A stretch of DNA of 21,333 nucleotides from a bacterium (lineage in GTDB: Bacteria > DUMJ01). This document shows, one piece after another, positions 16,050-21,333 of the stretch (position 1 is the first letter of the stretch; every line of letters starts with the position of its first letter). The position numbers and the translations under genes were made by a program. A model generated the notes under the pieces. That model was not told the DNA's origin and made no database searches. It saw only the letters and a program-made list of their open reading frames with translations. The stretch is taken from NCBI GenBank assembly GCA_049970495.1, contig JBMFMV010000029.1:1-21333 (forward strand), given 5' to 3'.

Positions 16050-16901
16050 ATGGTACTAATACTCAATCTTCTCTGGATGCTCATCATGATTCAGGTGTTT
16101 ATTCCTTTACTTATGAAAAGGCTATTAGAAATCAGAAGACAGGCAGCTATTAGAGCATTAGAGGTAAAGCGCCACAGTAGAGTAATTACTATGATACACA
16201 GACAAGAGACAATGAACTTCTTTGGATTTCCTATCAGTCGATATATAGACATAGAAGATTCTGAATATATCTTAAGAGCTATAAGAATGACCCCTCCTGA
16301 TATGCCTATAGACTTAATACTTCATACCCCTGGAGGACTCGTGCTTGCATCTGAACAGATAGCTTGTGCTTTAAAGAGACATAAAGGAAAAGTAACTGTA
16401 TTTATACCTCACTATGCTATGTCTGGAGGAACTCTTATAGCCTTATCCGCAGATGAAATTATTATGGACCCTAATGCTGTTTTAGGACCAGTAGATCCTC
16501 AATTGGGAAGTCCTCAAGGTGGATCTTATCCTGCAGCATCAATATTAAAGGCTCTTGAAGAACCAAATCCTAATCGTGATGATCAAACTTTAATCCTAGG
16601 AGATATAGCGAGGAAGGCTATAAATCAGGTATACAATACTGTTTATAGCCTAATAAAAGACAAAATGCCAGAAGAAAAAGCCAAGGAATTAGCAAAGATA
16701 TTAAGTGAAGGAAGGTGGACTCATGACTATCCTATAACTTATGAAGAGGCTAAGGAATTAGGCTTACCAGTTACAGATCAAGTTCCTCCAGAAGTATATG
16801 ATTTGATGGACTTATATCCCCAAACCTCTCAGAGACGTCCATCGGTAGAGTTTATTCCTGTTCCATATCTGCCATCCTCTAGAAAGATTGGGGAGAAATA
16901 A
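16050..16901 (+). CDS. SDH-family Clp-fold (ClpP/S49-like) serine protease with N-terminal membrane anchor
   Basis: Hydrophobic N-terminus, MIHRQE, LILHTPGG, AMSGGTLIAL (Ser), GPVDPQ (Asp), WTHDYPI (His). Confidence 0.9.
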   Translation: MVLILNLLWMLIMIQVFIPLLMKRLLEIRRQAAIRALEVKRHSRVITMIHRQETMNFFGFPISRYIDIEDSEYILRAIRMTPPDMPIDLILHTPGGLVLASEQIACALKRHKGKVTVFIPHYAMSGGTLIALSADEIIMDPNAVLGPVDPQLGSPQGGSYPAASILKALEEPNPNRDDQTLILGDIARKAINQVYNTVYSLIKDKMPEEKAKELAKILSEGRWTHDYPITYEEAKELGLPVTDQVPPEVYDLMDLYPQTSQRRPSVEFIPVPYLPSSRKIGEK

Positions 16902-16911
16902 TAGCCATGTT

Positions 16912-17493
16912 TTAATATAATTTTTTAATATATTTTGTAATAAAATACTTATGAATTCTTGCATCCTCTGTTAGCTCGGGATGGAAAGTCAGCCCTAAAA
17001 GATTATCTTTCTCAATAAATACTGGATTACCATCGAAATAGGCGTGAACCTTAATCTCTTCCCCAACCCTTTTTATCTGTGGAGCTCTGATAAAAATAGC
17101 TTCAAAATTATCATTACCAAGGATAGGAATATCTATATAGGTTATGAAACTTTCTTTTTGTCTTCCATAAGCATTACGGGAAACTGTTATATCTAAAACT
17201 CCTAAGGTCTTCTGTTCAGGGTAATTTTCAATATCCTTAGCTAGGATTATAATTCCAGCACAAGTAGCAAGGATAGGTAGTCCCTGGAAGATTTTCTCTC
17301 GAAGCTTTTCAAATAACCCTCTATTCTCTAAAACCTTTAAAAAGGTGGTGCTTTCCCCTCCTGGAAGAATAAGCCCATCTATTTTATCAATCTCATTAGG
17401 CTTCTTTACTAGGATAGTTTCGACTCCAAGCCTATCAAACATCTCTTTGTGTTCTGCTATAGAACCCTGAATAGCTAATATTCCTATTTTCAT
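16912..17493 (-). CDS. pdxT: PLP synthase glutaminase subunit PdxT
   Basis: [17 protein letters not shown] (Cys), RNAYGRQ, FIRAP, FHPEL (His-Glu). Immediately downstream of pdxS. Confidence 0.97.
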   Translation of the reverse strand: MKIGILAIQGSIAEHKEMFDRLGVETILVKKPNEIDKIDGLILPGGESTTFLKVLENRGLFEKLREKIFQGLPILATCAGIIILAKDIENYPEQKTLGVLDITVSRNAYGRQKESFITYIDIPILGNDNFEAIFIRAPQIKRVGEEIKVHAYFDGNPVFIEKDNLLGLTFHPELTEDARIHKYFITKYIKKLY

Positions 17494-17496
17494 CTT

Positions 17497-18384
17497 TTAC
17501 CATCCCCTCACCTGTAATAGTTCTCTTTCTTCTAGTTTTCTAATGTCAATTCCCAACATCGGTTCTCCTAGGTCTTCTGAAACTTCTGCTAAAACATATG
17601 GATCATCATAATAAGTTACAGCGAGGACTATGGCTTCTGCTCTCTTTCTAGGATTTTCCGACTTAAAAATGCCAGATCCAACAAAAACCCCATCTGCCCC
17701 CAAATGCATCATTAAGGCGGCATCAGCAGGTGTAGTGATACCTCCGGCAGCAAAGTTCACTACAGGTAGTCTTTCTAGCTTTCTAGTCTCGACTACCAAT
17801 TCTAATGGAGCACCTAACTCTTTTGACTTTGTTACTAACTCTTCTTCTGGAATAGAAGAAAGAACTCTTATCTCATCCATTATCTGTCTCATATGCCTTA
17901 CTGCTTCAACTACATTTCCAGTTCCTGCTTCCCCTTTTGTTCTTATCATAGCAGCGCCCTCTGCTATTCTTCTTAAAGCCTCACCTAAATCTCTTGCTCC
18001 ACATACGAATGGTACTTTAAAGAGAGATTTATTTATATGATATTTCTCATCTGCTGGGGTTAGGACTTCACTTTCATCGATAAAATCAACTCCTAAAGCT
18101 TCAAGAATCTGAGCTTCTACAAAATGGCCAATTCTCGCCTTAGCCATAACTGGGATACTTACCGCTGAAATAATTTCTTTTATCTTTTTTGGATCTACCA
18201 TCCTTGCTACGCCACCCTGAGCCCTTATATCGGCAGGAACTCTTTCTAGAGCCATTACTGCGACAGCTCCTGCCTCTTCTGCTATTTCCGCCTGTTCCGC
18301 ATTTGTTACATCCATAATCACACCACCCTTTAACATTTGGGCAAGCCCTCTCTTTACCTTATCTGTCCCTTTTAATACTTCCAT
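17497..18384 (-). CDS. pdxS: PLP synthase lyase subunit PdxS
   Basis: [66 protein letters not shown] (18400-18394) lies 9 nt before ATG 18384. ATG 18390 is an alternative start. Confidence 0.98.
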   Translation of the reverse strand: MEVLKGTDKVKRGLAQMLKGGVIMDVTNAEQAEIAEEAGAVAVMALERVPADIRAQGGVARMVDPKKIKEIISAVSIPVMAKARIGHFVEAQILEALGVDFIDESEVLTPADEKYHINKSLFKVPFVCGARDLGEALRRIAEGAAMIRTKGEAGTGNVVEAVRHMRQIMDEIRVLSSIPEEELVTKSKELGAPLELVVETRKLERLPVVNFAAGGITTPADAALMMHLGADGVFVGSGIFKSENPRKRAEAIVLAVTYYDDPYVLAEVSEDLGEPMLGIDIRKLEERELLQVRGW

Positions 18385-18422
18385 ATACATCTTCCTCCTT
18401 TCCAAAATTTATAGTATAATAA

Positions 18423-18434
18423 TGTATCGAAACA
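18423..18434. promoter_or_regulatory. Putative MocR/PdxR-type operator, site 1 (TGTATCGAAACA)
   Basis: 11/12 match to the perfect palindrome at 18538-18549, about 40 nt upstream of the pdxS start. Confidence 0.6.
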
Positions 18435-18526
18435 ATTTGTGAAATACATAAATATATTTTGCTATATGAATAGCATATTAGATTTACTATGTCAAGTCTA
18501 GAAAAGGAAGAAGATGGAGGATAACG

Positions 18527-19963
18527 ATGGAAAAATTTGTATCGATACATTTAAATAAAGAATCCAAAAAGCCTCTTTACCTGCAACTCCATCAAGAGAT
18601 AGTAAGACTAATAGACGAAGGAATACTAGAGAATGGGGAGAAGCTTCCTCCCATAAGAAAGTTATCTAAATTTCTAAAGGTAAACCCTATAACTGTTGTA
18701 AGTGCTTATAAACTGTTAGAAGAAGAAAATTACATAAGAACTAGAGTTGGAAGTGGGACTTATGTAGTTCCTAGAAAATTAGAAGCTGAGACAGAGTCAG
18801 TTTCTCAGAATATAAGATACAATTTTGCCAGCGCATCTCTATCACCTGATTTGTTCCCTACGGAAGAATTTAAATCAGCTATAGTCAAAGTGTTAGATGA
18901 AGAAAAAGGATATGCATTTGATTATGGAGAGAGTGAAGGTTATAGACCTCTTAGAGACGCTATTAACAGAATAATACTAACCTCTTCTGGTATAAAGGTA
19001 GATGTAGAAGATATCTATATAGTATCAGGAGGACAGCAGGGGATTGAGATAGTCGCCAAGACTCTCCTAGACTATCAGGATACGGTTTATATAGAAAGTC
19101 CAACATATCCGGGTGCTATATCAGCTTTTAGGTCTAGATCCGCAAGAATAGTAGAGATTCCTATAAAAGAAGACGGGATAGACATAGATGATTTAAAACT
19201 TAAACTAAAGCTGAAACCTCCAAAACTTCTTTATATAATGTCGAGTTTCCAGAATCCTACAGGTTATTCTTATTCAGAAAATAAAAAAGAGGAACTTTTA
19301 AATTTGGCGGAGAGATTTGATTTTTATATTTTGGAAGATGATCATCTTAGTGAACTTTATTACTTAGAAAGGGTTCAACCATTGAAAGCATTGGATAAAA
19401 CTGAAAGAGTATTTTATCTGAGAAGCTTTTCTAAGATCCTAATGCCTGGTTTAAGATTAGGGTTTATCGTCTCTCCAAAAGAATACCGAAACAGGATCTC
19501 GGAGGCAAAATATTTCTCAGATATATCTTCTTCTAGTCTAATACAAAAAGCGCTTAACATAATATTAACTAGGGGCGAGTTTGACGCTCACATAGCAAGG
19601 ATAAGAAATATATTTTCAAGGAGATGGAAATTAATGTTCGAAAGCTTAAATAGGTATATGCCAGAAGAGATAAGTTACACACTACCTAAAGGCGGACTAT
19701 ATATATGGTTGAATCTACCCAAAGGTTTTAATTCTAGAGAGCTTTATTATAGGGCAATAGAAAGAGGAGTCACATTTGTACCCGGAGACATCTTTTTACT
19801 AGAATCTCACCATTCAGAAGGACTAAGACTTAGTTTTGCGCAGATACCAGAAGAAGAGATAAAAGAGGGAATAAAAGAATTGGCAGAATATATCAGGGAA
19901 TTTATCCTTGAACCTCGTCATAAGAGAATTATAAGAGAATCGGATTACAGGATATTGGTATAA
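18527..19963 (+). CDS. MocR/GabR-family (GntR wHTH plus PLP-binding aminotransferase domain) regulator, PdxR-like by context
   Basis: wHTH LPPIRKLSKFLKVNPITVVSAY...GSGTYV. Also GGQQG, FQNPTG, ILEDD, SFSKILMPGLRLG (PLP Lys), LRLSF. Divergent from pdxST. GGAGG SD. Confidence 0.93.
   Translation: MEKFVSIHLNKESKKPLYLQLHQEIVRLIDEGILENGEKLPPIRKLSKFLKVNPITVVSAYKLLEEENYIRTRVGSGTYVVPRKLEAETESVSQNIRYNFASASLSPDLFPTEEFKSAIVKVLDEEKGYAFDYGESEGYRPLRDAINRIILTSSGIKVDVEDIYIVSGGQQGIEIVAKTLLDYQDTVYIESPTYPGAISAFRSRSARIVEIPIKEDGIDIDDLKLKLKLKPPKLLYIMSSFQNPTGYSYSENKKEELLNLAERFDFYILEDDHLSELYYLERVQPLKALDKTERVFYLRSFSKILMPGLRLGFIVSPKEYRNRISEAKYFSDISSSSLIQKALNIILTRGEFDAHIARIRNIFSRRWKLMFESLNRYMPEEISYTLPKGGLYIWLNLPKGFNSRELYYRAIERGVTFVPGDIFLLESHHSEGLRLSFAQIPEEEIKEGIKELAEYIREFILEPRHKRIIRESDYRILV
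18538..18549. promoter_or_regulatory. Putative MocR/PdxR-type operator, site 2 (TGTATCGATACA)
   Basis: Perfect 12-bp palindrome within codons 4-8 of the regulator gene. Confidence 0.6.
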
Positions 19964-20002
19964 GTTTTTAGAATCGGAAGTAGAATAGGGTCTAAGTTTA
20001 AT

Positions 20003-21331
20003 TCATCTGTGTTTTATCAATACATCGTTTAATGTATGAATCTTAATATCGTCTATAGTTATATCTTTTGGGGAAGTGAGCATAACTGTATACTTTTCCC
20101 CAGGGAAGATGTCAAAGTAGTTATCAGTTACTTCAATATCATCGGCTAATTCTAGATATACCATCCAAGCAAAGTTATCTGTAGATAAATCAAGCCTATA
20201 CTTACCTTTCTCTAATTTTGCAAGTTCAGGTATTATATTAGCCTTATATACTACTAAATCTTTAAAGTCTAGTAAGAACATTCTATTCCAAGATAGACAC
20301 TGTCCATCTTCGTATATCTTTGCATAAACAAAACAGTTATTTCTATCCTTTTCTAGAATTCTAGTAATATCTATCTGACCTATCTTAATAGTTCCTAAGC
20401 CTTTTATCTCTGTCCTTGTTCTTCCCTTTATTAATGTGTCTCCAACAAAACTTCTTACCCCATATTCTATGTCTAATATTAAGTTCTTGTATAGCTCATT
20501 TGTTACAAATACTTCTACTTTATCCTTCTCTTCTCTGAGAGATATATGGATAGGCTCAAAGACCCTCTTAACAAAATAATATGATGGCTTTAATCTAAGA
20601 TAGTAATCTACTACAGTCCATGCCCCAGTCGTTCCCCAACAGTCAGAATACATCCAGAATAACTCCCCAGCGGTATCAAACATACGTCTCTTCCAATGTT
20701 CTAGTGCAAACTTTAATGCCTCTGCTTGTATCATCTGTCCACCTATAAGATATTCATCTAAAATTAGTTTCTCTTGCGGTATAAAGAACCTTTCTAAACT
20801 AGCCTTAATGTTTCCCCTTTCAAAGGTGTTATTATGAAACTTCCAGGTAGGAGAATCTATATACAGTTCATCTTTAGGAGTAAATTCTATAAGGCTTTTC
20901 TTTAATGGTGGAGCAAGTTGACCAAACTCTGTTATAAATTTACCCTTATCCAATGCATAGAGTTTATAATTTACCCTCTCATATGGGTCTTCAGTCTGAA
21001 TACTCAAGGTCCAGGCATGCCTATCTCCACACTCTTCGGAGTTAGGGTCTTCTCCTCCGTATGGACTTGAAGGCCAATAAGGTCTAGTTGGGTCTAACTC
21101 CTTACATAACCTTGGTAATAATTCATCGTATATCTTAGAGCCATAAAGCCTGGTATCTTTCCCGCCCCAAGCACCCATATAGTGAATCCATTGATTCTCA
21201 TTATTTCCACACCAAACTACTAGAGAAGGGTGGTTTCTCAACTGTTTTATTACAGTCCTTGCTTCCTTCTCCACCTCTTGTATAAACTCCTTATCATCAT
21301 CCGGATAGGGAGCGCAGGCAAACATAACGTC
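20003..21331 (-). CDS. Glycoside hydrolase family 2, beta-mannosidase-like; 5' part lies beyond the window
   Basis: The frame is open to the window edge (..DVMFAC). RNHPSLVVWCGNNE (acid/base), DPTRPYWPSSP, GDRH, FITEFG (nucleophile), WMYSDCW, DNYFDIFPGE. Confidence 0.93.
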   Translation of the reverse strand, partial: DVMFACAPYPDDDKEFIQEVEKEARTVIKQLRNHPSLVVWCGNNENQWIHYMGAWGGKDTRLYGSKIYDELLPRLCKELDPTRPYWPSSPYGGEDPNSEECGDRHAWTLSIQTEDPYERVNYKLYALDKGKFITEFGQLAPPLKKSLIEFTPKDELYIDSPTWKFHNNTFERGNIKASLERFFIPQEKLILDEYLIGGQMIQAEALKFALEHWKRRMFDTAGELFWMYSDCWGTTGAWTVVDYYLRLKPSYYFVKRVFEPIHISLREEKDKVEVFVTNELYKNLILDIEYGVRSFVGDTLIKGRTRTEIKGLGTIKIGQIDITRILEKDRNNCFVYAKIYEDGQCLSWNRMFLLDFKDLVVYKANIIPELAKLEKGKYRLDLSTDNFAWMVYLELADDIEVTDNYFDIFPGEKYTVMLTSPKDITIDDIKIHTLNDVLIKHR

Positions 21332-21333
21332 TT

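Noticed and set aside
15878..16087. 69-aa minus-strand ORF across the AKR/protease intergenic region; likewise 18359-18550 across the pdx intergenic region
   Set aside because: They span AT-rich promoter DNA, overlap real genes at both ends, and have no protein-like signature.
1..21333. CRISPR arrays, tRNA/rRNA genes, IS elements, prophage or defence genes
   Set aside because: Intergenic gaps are all under about 160 nt. I saw no spaced repeats, cloverleaf motifs, transposases or integrases.

Overview
AT-rich, densely coding bacterial chromosome segment. Gene content and style suggest an anaerobic saccharolytic organism, possibly Dictyoglomus-like (inference only). From left to right: (1) the 3' end of a carbohydrate-utilisation operon (two ABC permeases, a URO-D/MtaA-family protein, a cytoplasmic GH5 and a GH3) closed by an intrinsic terminator; (2) a purine cluster with a purC-purS fusion, then purQ, purL, purF, followed directly by a lone hisD and an atypical mnmA; (3) a minus-strand trio of aldo/keto reductase, ASRT-family protein and arginase-like protein, divergent from an SDH-family Clp-fold serine protease; (4) pdxS-pdxT divergent from a MocR/PdxR-type regulator, with two copies of a TGTATCGATACA palindrome; (5) the 3' part of a GH2 beta-mannosidase. 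I saw no tRNA, rRNA, CRISPR array or mobile element. Most notable: two genes whose best Shine-Dalgarno points to a non-canonical start codon (ACG for GH5, ATA for mnmA), the PurC-PurS fusion, an MnmA lacking the conserved C-terminal catalytic Cys, and a URO-D-fold enzyme embedded in a glycoside catabolic operon.
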